DNA of 64,000 nt from an uncultured virus (IMG/VR IMGVR_UViG_3300007346_000024) (taxonomy: Duplodnaviria > Heunggongvirae > Uroviricota > Caudoviricetes): the IMG/VR virus record IMGVR_UViG_3300007346_000024; one strand, given 5' to 3'. Both the position numbers and the translations under genes were made by a program. Under the pieces are notes generated by a model that was not told where the DNA came from, did not search any database, and saw only the letters and a list, made by a program, of their open reading frames with translations. This document shows, one piece after another, positions 1-8,145 of the stretch (the stretch's first letter is position 1; every line of letters begins with the position of its first letter).

Positions 1-128
1 CTGACCTGCTCGATAGACATTACCGCAACAGAATCATCTTCAATCAATACTAACTTCGGATAATCTACTTGACAAGTAGCTAACACTGCTATCAGCATTA
101 AGGCTAATAATGTTATCAATTTTCTCAT
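1..128 (-). CDS. Putative o-spanin/Rz1-like lipoprotein (partial, runs off window; not in ORF track)
   Basis: Manual translation from ATG 128: MRKLITLLALMLIAVLATCQVDYPK..., signal peptide with near-lipobox LATC, overlapping the 3' end of 40..387 in another frame. Confidence 0.5.
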   Translation of the reverse strand, partial: MRKLITLLALMLIAVLATCQVDYPKLVLIEDDSVAVMSIEQV

Positions 129-387
129 CGTATCTAATAATTATTGTATCTCTTTTTTTTTTAGATTCAAAAAGCTCTATAGCTAGACTATCTTTTATAA
201 CTATTACTGAATCAATACTAACAGAAAGCAAAGAATCCTTTTTTCGGATATTCTTAAGCTCTCTTTCTGTAGCGTTCAACTTATTATTCAATCCTTCAAT
301 ATCACCCTCCTCGCTTGGAGCAAGGAAGATGTATATGAATAGTATATTTATAACTATTGAGGCTATTAAAATAAAATTCTTATTCAT
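40..387 (-). CDS. Putative i-spanin/Rz-like protein
   Basis: N-terminal TM helix then coiled coil; overlaps a downstream lipoprotein-like ORF. Confidence 0.5.
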   Translation of the reverse strand: MNKNFILIASIVINILFIYIFLAPSEEGDIEGLNNKLNATERELKNIRKKDSLLSVSIDSVIVIKDSLAIELFESKKKRDTIIIRYDEKIDNIISLNADSSVSYLSSRLSEVSID

Positions 388-2366
388 TATGTAATTACAA
401 CATTATCTACAGTTAATGCATTAGAACCATTAAGATACTTAAGAACTAAAGTGCTTGCTGTTCTCGCTAATATCTCTTTACCTATGTTAGTATATTGAGT
501 TCCGTTCAAAGCAGGGGTATTACTTGATGATATTGTTCCGTTATTGTCAAAATCACCTCTAAATACAATATCTTGAAAACCACCTTGAAAACCAATGCTT
601 TTATACTCGCCTTCAAATGTTACATTTTTAAATGTAGCATTAATCCTTAATCCATCTGTCTTCCTGAAAGTAACCTCCTCCATAGGAGCAGGTGCTGTAA
701 AAACCATATTTAAAGCCTCTCCAAAGGAAACGTTAATAATATCTAGAGTAGGAAATTCTATATTTGAAAGAGATGTAATATTCTGTAACTTAGAACCTCT
801 ACACCCTTCCATTTTTCTAAAATTAAGAAATAACCCTTCTATAAAATCAAAATCACAATTATCAATATTAGAATCCCCTGAACCATAATCTGCATCCGCT
901 GATATTTTCAGGTTACAAGTTATAATCCTGTTTATAGTAGTAGAACTAACATTTTCTCCCAATATACAGTTTTGAGCTTCTCTTAAAGTTGAATTAGAAA
1001 CGTTCCCTGCTGAAACAGATATCCATCTATAACCACTAGTTCTAACTATCGTTCTAGCAACGCATCTGTACACAAAAACAAGGTCTGTACTATCTACTGT
1101 TACGATGGAACTACCTACTACTGTGTTTATTCTAGAATTAGTTATTACATCAAAATAATTAAACTCTCGACTTGTTTCCATTTTACAAGTGTCAATACTG
1201 TAATTTCTAGACGAGCCTCCGATAGTTGCCATCTCTGCATAATTAATATAGGCATTAGTTTGATTCATGTCTTGAGAATCGTTTGCTACTAAAACTACAT
1301 TATCAAGAGATTTCACACTTATATCTCTAACAAGGTTTACTTGACCTTTACCTCCTATAATTATACCTACTTCATTAGATGAACCTGTAACAAAGAACTC
1401 AACCTCGTTACCTGTAGGAGTTGCAACATGAAAACCATTAAAAAAAGGTATAACACAGTCAGGTAATGGAGACCAAATTGTAGAAACAAATTCATTAGGT
1501 AATTCAGAAGTATTAATACTCATTTCATACCTTTTATACTTAACGTTTCTCCAATCAATCCCTATATCAACATTATATAAAGAATCTACACGCCTTGTTA
1601 TAGAACCTTTAAACTCTTTACCTAAATATCCGATTAATTCAACTGTTCCTACTGCTAAGTCCTGAGAAGTATTAACATTATCAAAGTAAACCCTATGAGT
1701 ACCATCCCTAAGAACCTCTAGTGAGCAAGTGGTTGTTAGGTTTCCGTTACTTTGGTCAGGAGTTGTTGGAGAAGCTGTCAATTCCGTACTACCAAATGTT
1801 AGACTAATAACATCCCCACTATTAAATTCCAATTCAATATTAAGGTTAGCTTCCGAAGTGTTTACATACAGGTAATTTATAGGTAAGTCTGTATATAACC
1901 TATTTGAATCTACATCAAACGCTACAGAAACACTATTCTCACCTGAACTTGTTGTAAATCTAGCGTTTCTAGATATTGTATTGTATTCATCTAAAGCATA
2001 ATAGATAACGTCATTAGGTCGCTGAAGGCTATAAGCTCGAATATCTATCTCATTAATAGAAACAGCTTTTACTAATAATGGCTCTACTAGAGACTGATGA
2101 CTAGAGTTATAACCGTACTCTGTTCCTTTTATACCATGAAGGAAGTTTGTACTGTTGTAGTCTGTAATAATATACCACGAGCCTACAGAAAGCTTTGAGT
2201 CATTCTTTAAGGTTAGTAACTCGGAATAAGTAACTTCTTGAGCTGTTCCTGAAGAACCCACATCAAAAACAGTGTATCTTCCATTACCATCTATATAATA
2301 AAACTTAAATCCCTCTTCAGTATTAAACCTTGTAAGGTTAATTTTGTCTCCGTTTCTTAAATTCAT
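387..2366 (-). CDS. Spike/receptor-binding protein with beta-helix-like C-terminal region
   Basis: 659 aa, TYSELLTLK...GSWYIITDY module typical of Bacteroidota phage fibres, repetitive N/S/T/V/I C-terminal half. Confidence 0.55.
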   Translation of the reverse strand: MNLRNGDKINLTRFNTEEGFKFYYIDGNGRYTVFDVGSSGTAQEVTYSELLTLKNDSKLSVGSWYIITDYNSTNFLHGIKGTEYGYNSSHQSLVEPLLVKAVSINEIDIRAYSLQRPNDVIYYALDEYNTISRNARFTTSSGENSVSVAFDVDSNRLYTDLPINYLYVNTSEANLNIELEFNSGDVISLTFGSTELTASPTTPDQSNGNLTTTCSLEVLRDGTHRVYFDNVNTSQDLAVGTVELIGYLGKEFKGSITRRVDSLYNVDIGIDWRNVKYKRYEMSINTSELPNEFVSTIWSPLPDCVIPFFNGFHVATPTGNEVEFFVTGSSNEVGIIIGGKGQVNLVRDISVKSLDNVVLVANDSQDMNQTNAYINYAEMATIGGSSRNYSIDTCKMETSREFNYFDVITNSRINTVVGSSIVTVDSTDLVFVYRCVARTIVRTSGYRWISVSAGNVSNSTLREAQNCILGENVSSTTINRIITCNLKISADADYGSGDSNIDNCDFDFIEGLFLNFRKMEGCRGSKLQNITSLSNIEFPTLDIINVSFGEALNMVFTAPAPMEEVTFRKTDGLRINATFKNVTFEGEYKSIGFQGGFQDIVFRGDFDNNGTISSSNTPALNGTQYTNIGKEILARTASTLVLKYLNGSNALTVDNVVIT

Positions 2367-2368
2367 AA

Positions 2369-2677
2369 TTAATTAATTTCGTCTTCTTTTCTTAGAGACT
2401 TGTTTTTACATTTAATTTCTTCTGTTTCTTTTTCAGAGTTATACTTATCTTTTCTGTTTGATTGCCAAGCAGATATACCAAGTAAAGAACCTGCAAAACT
2501 AAGCCAAACAACAAGTAATTTAACAACATCAACGTCATATCTAATCATTCCGTAAAAAGTCACAATTGTACCTATTACAAGGACGATATATAGTGCTAAA
2601 AATCTTTTGCTACTTTCTTTAGAATCACTCTCTATAAGTTTCTTCCAAATGTTTTTTGCTTTGTCTTTATTGTCCAT
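2369..2677 (-). CDS. Putative holin (2 TM)
   Basis: SSKRF motif then two hydrophobic helices and a charged tail; near lysis enzymes. Confidence 0.55.
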   Translation of the reverse strand: MDNKDKAKNIWKKLIESDSKESSKRFLALYIVLVIGTIVTFYGMIRYDVDVVKLLVVWLSFAGSLLGISAWQSNRKDKYNSEKETEEIKCKNKSLRKEDEIN

Positions 2678-2686
2678 TACTTCTTT

Positions 2687-3013
2687 TTAACTTACAATTC
2701 TTTTACCATACCATTTAGAAAAAATATCCATAAACTCTTTCTTTTGACTTGGAGACCAATCCGCTTCTTTAACTCCCATTGTTGCAATTAGAGTTTCAGC
2801 TTCTTTTTTACTTAACTTCTTAACGAAATCGTCTTGTAGTTTAGCCATTCTAACATCGTCAACCCCTTCAAATGTATCAGCACCAACGCTTTTAGCGGTA
2901 CTAACAAGTTTGTCAAATTGTTCTTTTGTTGCTTTGTTAAAGTGCTTGTATGCAAAATAACTTCCCACACCTAGTATAGCAAGTCCTCCTATTATAAATA
3001 AAGTCTTTTTCAT
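2687..3013 (-). CDS. Membrane protein with N-terminal signal anchor
   Basis: MKKTLFIIGGLAILGVGSYFAYK. Confidence 0.6.
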   Translation of the reverse strand: MKKTLFIIGGLAILGVGSYFAYKHFNKATKEQFDKLVSTAKSVGADTFEGVDDVRMAKLQDDFVKKLSKKEAETLIATMGVKEADWSPSQKKEFMDIFSKWYGKRIVS

Positions 3014-3022
3014 ATTTATTAT

Positions 3023-3664
3023 TTATTTCTTTTTAACCATGTAATAAATTCCAACACCCGCACCTATAGCCATAATAGATGAAGCTATTACTATTTCTTT
3101 ATTTCTTTTAACGAAAGCTAAAGGGTTGTTTGCAAATGATTTCATTACTCCTGAAACACCATACTTACTGAATTTGTCGGCATAATCCTTTATACCGTTA
3201 TAAACGCTTTGTATTTTGTTAGAATAGTCGGGTGCTGTTGCATAACCCGCACTTTTTAATGCGTCAGCTTGCTCTTTTACTGTTTTAGCATTAAAAACAC
3301 CTGCTCTTTCGTATCTAGGATTGCTTTTCAAGAATTTAATATAATCCTTTATTGAATCCTCTACACTATCATAAGCTCTAAAACAAGCACTTTTATCAAT
3401 ATACTTGTTTCCTGAAGAATCGTATTCACCCGTATCTATATTGTAGGTTTTTCCGCTCCAATTATGACATTTAATACCGAAGTAATTATTTGAATTACGA
3501 GCTAATTTAGAAGCCCCTACTCTCCAATTCCCATCAGGCATCTTTCCCTGAGATTCAATTATAGCTTGAGAAATAAGAGTACCTTGAAGTATTCCTGTAC
3601 CCTTTACAGTTTTAGCTATAAAGCCTCCGTACTTTTCTACAAACTCCTCTCTAGTATAACTCAT
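3023..3664 (-). CDS. GH73 (FlgJ-like) glucosaminidase with C-terminal TM anchor
   Basis: QAIIES, NNYFGIK, FRAYDS, GYATAPDY motifs; C-terminal hydrophobic helix plus KKK. Confidence 0.85.
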   Translation of the reverse strand: MSYTREEFVEKYGGFIAKTVKGTGILQGTLISQAIIESQGKMPDGNWRVGASKLARNSNNYFGIKCHNWSGKTYNIDTGEYDSSGNKYIDKSACFRAYDSVEDSIKDYIKFLKSNPRYERAGVFNAKTVKEQADALKSAGYATAPDYSNKIQSVYNGIKDYADKFSKYGVSGVMKSFANNPLAFVKRNKEIVIASSIMAIGAGVGIYYMVKKK

Positions 3665-3782
3665 TTTTTCTTTTGTCTTTTATCTTTTTTCCGAAATATA
3701 CAGCAGCAGCTATAGTCCCGAAAGGCATTATCACAAAGATAATGGTTAAAACAATGTCTTTTTTACTTACCTTCTTCAACAT
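3651..3782 (-). CDS. Small membrane protein (43 aa; likely start ATG 3782)
   Basis: MLKKVSKKDIVLTIIFVIMPFGTIAAAVYFGKK; the longer track call overlaps the endolysin. Confidence 0.5.
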   Translation of the reverse strand: MLKKVSKKDIVLTIIFVIMPFGTIAAAVYFGKKIKDKRKNELY

Positions 3783-4284
3783 CTGAATATTCAATCTCGA
3801 TATACCTGATACCGAACTCATCCACCAAAGGGCTGTCTTTAATAGAATCTCTAAGGATAGGATAAAGTTTCTTGTAAGCATCCCCACTTCTAGCACCCTT
3901 GTCGTTAAGAAAATCTAAAACATAATTAGGAAGCAAACAACCTTCTGTATGGTTATCCGTATTACCTAAATGAACTAATATATATTGAAACTTCTTACCG
4001 TCAGGACAAGTTAACTTCCAATTATCCTCATTGTAAATACAAAGCATTCCTTCATGCATATCAGGGTATCTAGACTTGTACCTGTTATGAAAACCTCCTT
4101 CAGCTCTTAAGGCTAACCTGTATTTCCCGTTAGAAACTCTTGATTCCCCTTTTACTTTATCGCCTTTTTGCTCTTGGTCTTCTACAGAACCACAAAAAGC
4201 AACTCCGTCTAAATAAATAACTCCTAAAGATGCTTCACCGTTATCAGAAACTCTTTTTACTTCTACTTTCTTAATTAATCTCAT
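3763..4284 (-). CDS. Putative endolysin, DUF5675-like
   Basis: GKY.L...F...Y and ILVHLGNTDNHTEGCLL motifs. Confidence 0.7.
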   Translation of the reverse strand: MRLIKKVEVKRVSDNGEASLGVIYLDGVAFCGSVEDQEQKGDKVKGESRVSNGKYRLALRAEGGFHNRYKSRYPDMHEGMLCIYNEDNWKLTCPDGKKFQYILVHLGNTDNHTEGCLLPNYVLDFLNDKGARSGDAYKKLYPILRDSIKDSPLVDEFGIRYIEIEYSDVEEGK

Positions 4285-4953
4285 TTATTGTGTTGTTACT
4301 ATATTACTTAAATAGGTTATTATAATAGGATTTCCATACTCATTGAAGTAATAATGGACATCATATTTTAAATTTTCTCTACCAATTGGTTTTCCAAAAT
4401 ATACTTTTTTAGGGTCTCCCTCACAGTCTATAAAAACTTTTGGTTTATTCGTTACTATATCTTTTAAGACATATCCGCACTTATCTAGCTCTCCGTTTTC
4501 TAATTTTTCCTTTTGATTCTTTATGAACTCATGATTTTTAATCATATCCTCTACTTCTATATCTAAAGAATCTAAAGCCAATATAACTTGGTCAGCAAAC
4601 TTAAATCTACTTTGAATATAGGTTTTTAATTCAGCATCTTCTAAATCTTTAAATCCTTCAAAAACCTGAATCATTGCCGCTAATGCTGCTTTGTCTTTAA
4701 TCATCGCTCCAATAGTAATTAAAGATTGGTCTACTGAAGGTTGAATAATATGTTCTGTAGAAAACTCTGTTGGTTGTTTTGTTTTCCTACCTGTAGAAGG
4801 GTTTACAACTTCTTCTACTAGAACTTCTTCTACACTATTTTTAATAGTGCTTTTCCATATAACTTCTACGTAAGTCCAAACACCAAAAGAGAGTAACAAC
4901 GTTATAAACGCTACCACTCTCTCAAATGTAATCTTAAAACCTTTTATCTCCAT
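4285..4953 (-). CDS. Membrane-anchored hypothetical protein
   Basis: N-terminal TM helix, 222 aa. Confidence 0.55.
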   Translation of the reverse strand: MEIKGFKITFERVVAFITLLLSFGVWTYVEVIWKSTIKNSVEEVLVEEVVNPSTGRKTKQPTEFSTEHIIQPSVDQSLITIGAMIKDKAALAAMIQVFEGFKDLEDAELKTYIQSRFKFADQVILALDSLDIEVEDMIKNHEFIKNQKEKLENGELDKCGYVLKDIVTNKPKVFIDCEGDPKKVYFGKPIGRENLKYDVHYYFNEYGNPIIITYLSNIVTTQ

Positions 4954-5057
4954 TATCTTGCCGACTCTTTATAAACTACTTTTATGTATCTATCTTCCGA
5001 TATATATAGCGAGGATAACAAAGCAAAAAGAGCAATAAAGAATAGCTCATTGTTTAG

Positions 5058-5474
5058 TTACCTTAAAATAGAAAGGATTCCTGATATAACAGCAGGAGTC
5101 ATGCCTTCTATATTTTCTAAATTTTTCTTAGCGATTGGTCTCAAGTCTAACTTAACTTTTGTTTGATTAAGCTCTTCAAACCTTTCTTCGTATTCTGTCA
5201 TTTTTTCAGGTCTAATATCAGCTATAGACTGACCGTCTAAATCTAATTTAGTAATAACCTTTCCTTCTCCATCTTTTTCAGCATACTCTTCTAAAAGTTT
5301 TTTCCTTAAATCCCAAAACACCTTTGATTTGCCTTCAATCTTTTGTAAATTTTCAGCTATGTCAATCAGTTGCGTAAAAGGAACTTTAGCAGGGAACTTC
5401 ATTACCGATAAAGCTTGTAAAGAAGGCTGAACTTTGTTTAATAATTCTGAGTAAGTGTAATTTTTTGCTGCCAT
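5058..5474 (-). CDS. Hypothetical helical protein (likely start ATG 5474)
   Basis: The track start at 5498 lies inside a TAnnTTTG promoter box; MAAKNY start downstream. Confidence 0.55.
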   Translation of the reverse strand: MAAKNYTYSELLNKVQPSLQALSVMKFPAKVPFTQLIDIAENLQKIEGKSKVFWDLRKKLLEEYAEKDGEGKVITKLDLDGQSIADIRPEKMTEYEERFEELNQTKVKLDLRPIAKKNLENIEGMTPAVISGILSILR

Positions 5475-5495
5475 AATATATTTTTTTTGTTTTTC

Positions 5496-5503
5496 CAAAT
5501 GTA
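5496..5503 (-). promoter_or_regulatory. Bacteroidota-type -7 box TACATTTG
   Basis: Matches TAnnTTTG, 22 nt upstream of ATG 5474. Confidence 0.6.
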
Positions 5504-5519
5504 AATATAAAAAAGAAAT

Positions 5520-5831
5520 TTATGCTTTAAAAATAATGTCAGCTATCTTATCTGTTAAAGACTTAGGAACATCTTTTATTTCTAACTCAACTAAAGGATG
5601 GGGTTTACCTTTTTCTTGAATAACACCTACAAAAGGAAAGGGGTTAAAAATTTCTTTTACCTGATTAGAATCGCTAATAAAAAACCTATGTTTGTTTTCT
5701 ATGAAGGAATAAATCCAATAAGGGTCTTCTGAATCTATAGGAGGGTTTAGTTTTGAAAGATTTTGTTTTAAAAGCTCAGGCACTTCCCTGAACTTCATAT
5801 ACTTTATAAAAGAAAGACTATTCTTCTCCAT
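5520..5831 (-). CDS. Hypothetical protein
   Basis: 103-aa ORF overlapping upstream gene. Confidence 0.55.
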   Translation of the reverse strand: MEKNSLSFIKYMKFREVPELLKQNLSKLNPPIDSEDPYWIYSFIENKHRFFISDSNQVKEIFNPFPFVGVIQEKGKPHPLVELEIKDVPKSLTDKIADIIFKA

Positions 5832-6663
5832 AATCCATACCCATGAAAGCTCCGTTTATATGTTCAAAAGCTCCTATACAAGCATCAACCATACCGTTAG
5901 ACTCCACATGGATAAGTAACAAAACTTGCCTAAGCGTTTCGTAGTTAGAAGTGTTGTCCTCTTGGAAAACTTCATCAAAAACCTCTCCGTAAGACTCCAT
6001 AGCGTACTCTCTAAGCTCCAAGAATTTAGCCGTTAATTTTTCTGCTTCTTTTTTAGCTAAGCCTTCATTTATAAATCTAGATTCCATTTTGCATTTAACA
6101 TTCTTGTTACAAGCATCAAAGCATGTCTCAACTAAACTTCTAAGCGTGTCCTTATCCATGTCGTAAGTAGCTTTAGAAATTATTTTATTAATATGCTGTA
6201 TAGTAGAATCCATTTTAGATTCTAGAAAAACTTTAAATGCAGCAGCCTTAGAATGGTCTATCTCTCCATGTGTTTTAAACTCATGAGTTCTATTTTTTAG
6301 ACGCTCTAGCTTTCTAAGACATCTATGAGTAACAAGGCTTGAAATCGGTTTTCTCATCTCTTGAGACATTTTCCTCATATTTACAAGCTTGAAATTAGAC
6401 AAAAACTTCATAAGTCTAGAATATGTATTTTTTAAAATATAATTCCAAGTCTTGCTTGTTAATGTAAAAATTACCACAGCAATAATTACTATAGATGCTA
6501 ATATCTGACTTTCAATCTTATTAGACAGTTGCTCCCAAAGACTATTCATTCTTTTTCTAAAACTTAATTCAACATAAATCATACCTATCAATATTAAAAG
6601 TATTATGACTTCAAAAATAGGTTGGTAATACAAAGGTAACCTATTTATCAATTGGTTACGCAA
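5818..6663 (-). CDS. Membrane-associated hypothetical protein
   Basis: One or two TM helices then helical domain; true start may be MNSLWEQ. Confidence 0.5.
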   Translation of the reverse strand: MRNQLINRLPLYYQPIFEVIILLILIGMIYVELSFRKRMNSLWEQLSNKIESQILASIVIIAVVIFTLTSKTWNYILKNTYSRLMKFLSNFKLVNMRKMSQEMRKPISSLVTHRCLRKLERLKNRTHEFKTHGEIDHSKAAAFKVFLESKMDSTIQHINKIISKATYDMDKDTLRSLVETCFDACNKNVKCKMESRFINEGLAKKEAEKLTAKFLELREYAMESYGEVFDEVFQEDNTSNYETLRQVLLLIHVESNGMVDACIGAFEHINGAFMGMDYGEE

Positions 6664-6679
6664 TAATACTCGACAGGTT

Positions 6680-6976
6680 TTACTGCTTGTTTTTCTTATT
6701 TACAAAGTGTGTATAATGAAATATTGCAGCCCATAAAAAAATAACCGCTAATCCTATATTAAGAATAACTTCTGTTATTGGAGGTACACTCATAGTTAAA
6801 AAGTTAAATAATGAACCTGCGGCTATAAGAGCAAGTCCTGATTTAACAATCCATCTTTGAACTATTCCAAACTTTGCTGTAAGATTTAATCTTCCAAACA
6901 CAAAAATCATAAATGCTGATATGCTCAAACATATAACTACATTGCAAAAAGCATTGATTAATTTAATTGCTTCCAT
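6680..6976 (-). CDS. 3-TM membrane protein
   Basis: Three hydrophobic helices in 98 aa. Confidence 0.6.
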   Translation of the reverse strand: MEAIKLINAFCNVVICLSISAFMIFVFGRLNLTAKFGIVQRWIVKSGLALIAAGSLFNFLTMSVPPITEVILNIGLAVIFLWAAIFHYTHFVNKKNKQ

Positions 6977-7256
6977 CTTCTTCTTTTTTAATAAATTTAT
7001 TAGTGATGTACTCTACACCTTTTAAACCTAAAAAACCTAATACAAATGCTACAGACATTTGATATTTAGTATCTACTTTTGATATATCCATTACTAATGG
7101 TGTAATATAATTAGCTGATGCAACACCTGATATAATTGAAAAGAATGTTGCTCTTAAATTTGTTGTAGCATTTTTACCTATTAAGAGCAAGGAACCAAAA
7201 AGCCCTGCTACAGATATACCTATATTAATTCCTATTTCTTGAAGTATCTCTCTCAT
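6963..7256 (-). CDS. Holin-like 3-TM protein
   Basis: AGLFGSLL...ANYITP...AFVLGFLGLKGVE pattern. Confidence 0.55.
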   Translation of the reverse strand: MREILQEIGINIGISVAGLFGSLLLIGKNATTNLRATFFSIISGVASANYITPLVMDISKVDTKYQMSVAFVLGFLGLKGVEYITNKFIKKEEDGSN

Positions 7257-7270
7257 TATTAAAGTTTTTA

Positions 7271-7483
7271 TTACGATATAGTGCCTTTTACTAAGTTACC
7301 ACTATAAGACAGCCCGCAAACACATTGTAAAGAGTTGTCTACCACATAAGTCTCTAAAACACTTTGAACTTGTTTAAAGTTGTTATAATCTGTAACATGT
7401 ACTAAAAAGTGAATTTCAGCATCTACTGTCTGACAGTACTCTACTGTTACAGGAATTTCTTCTAATTTTAATTGTAAACTCAT
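7271..7483 (-). CDS. Hypothetical protein
   Basis: 70-aa ORF, TAATG-coupled. Confidence 0.5.
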   Translation of the reverse strand: MSLQLKLEEIPVTVEYCQTVDAEIHFLVHVTDYNNFKQVQSVLETYVVDNSLQCVCGLSYSGNLVKGTIS

Positions 7484-8145
7484 TAGTAATTAATTTTTAA
7501 GTTTGGATAATGACTATTTGCTGTACTAGTCGATGTTGTAATCATAGGAAAACTACCCGTAGTAATATTGTCGTAATCATCTTGAAATAAAGCTGCTCTG
7601 AAAGACAATCCTCTACTTCCATATTTCCACTTAGGTCTGTTTGAAATATTGTAGCTACCACTTCTATTTTCAAAAGTAATAACTATGTTACTTGTTCCAT
7701 CATAAATAAAGTTGTTACTAAAGTTTACAGTATTCCATGCATTACTTGTAGGAAAATATATACTATCATAACAAGTTTGCCTATCGAAATAAGTAAAAGA
7801 ACTTGATTGACTTATGTCTGTTTCCATTAACGTACTCAAGAAACTCTCTGTAGTGTGAGCAACACTTATTCTAAAACTACTCATAGATGCAGTACCATTA
7901 ACTCCATTCTCTATATCTACTCCTGTAATTATCTTAGCACCGCTATCTGTAGCGTTAATTTCTGAAGCTCTCACAATAACATGGCAAACAGAGTAATTGT
8001 AATACATGTTGTATGGCGTAGTAGCTGTATTTTGATAAGAGGCTGTATCATCAAAAGTAGTTCCTGAAGTAAAAATATCTACAGTTTTATTTTGAATAGG
8101 AGGTACGCCACTCCCAAAACTATATGGATTAATTATAAAACTCAT
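7483..8145 (-). CDS. Fibre-tip/receptor-binding partner protein
   Basis: MSFIINPYSFG N-terminus and beta-rich domain; coupled to the fibre gene. Confidence 0.5.
   Translation of the reverse strand: MSFIINPYSFGSGVPPIQNKTVDIFTSGTTFDDTASYQNTATTPYNMYYNYSVCHVIVRASEINATDSGAKIITGVDIENGVNGTASMSSFRISVAHTTESFLSTLMETDISQSSSFTYFDRQTCYDSIYFPTSNAWNTVNFSNNFIYDGTSNIVITFENRSGSYNISNRPKWKYGSRGLSFRAALFQDDYDNITTGSFPMITTSTSTANSHYPNLKINY

Noticed and set aside
4953..5057. 34 open codons with a TM-like stretch in frame after the TAA of 5058..5474, ending in a TAATG overlap
   Set aside because: No start codon and TAA readthrough is unlikely; may be a degenerate gene end but cannot be supported
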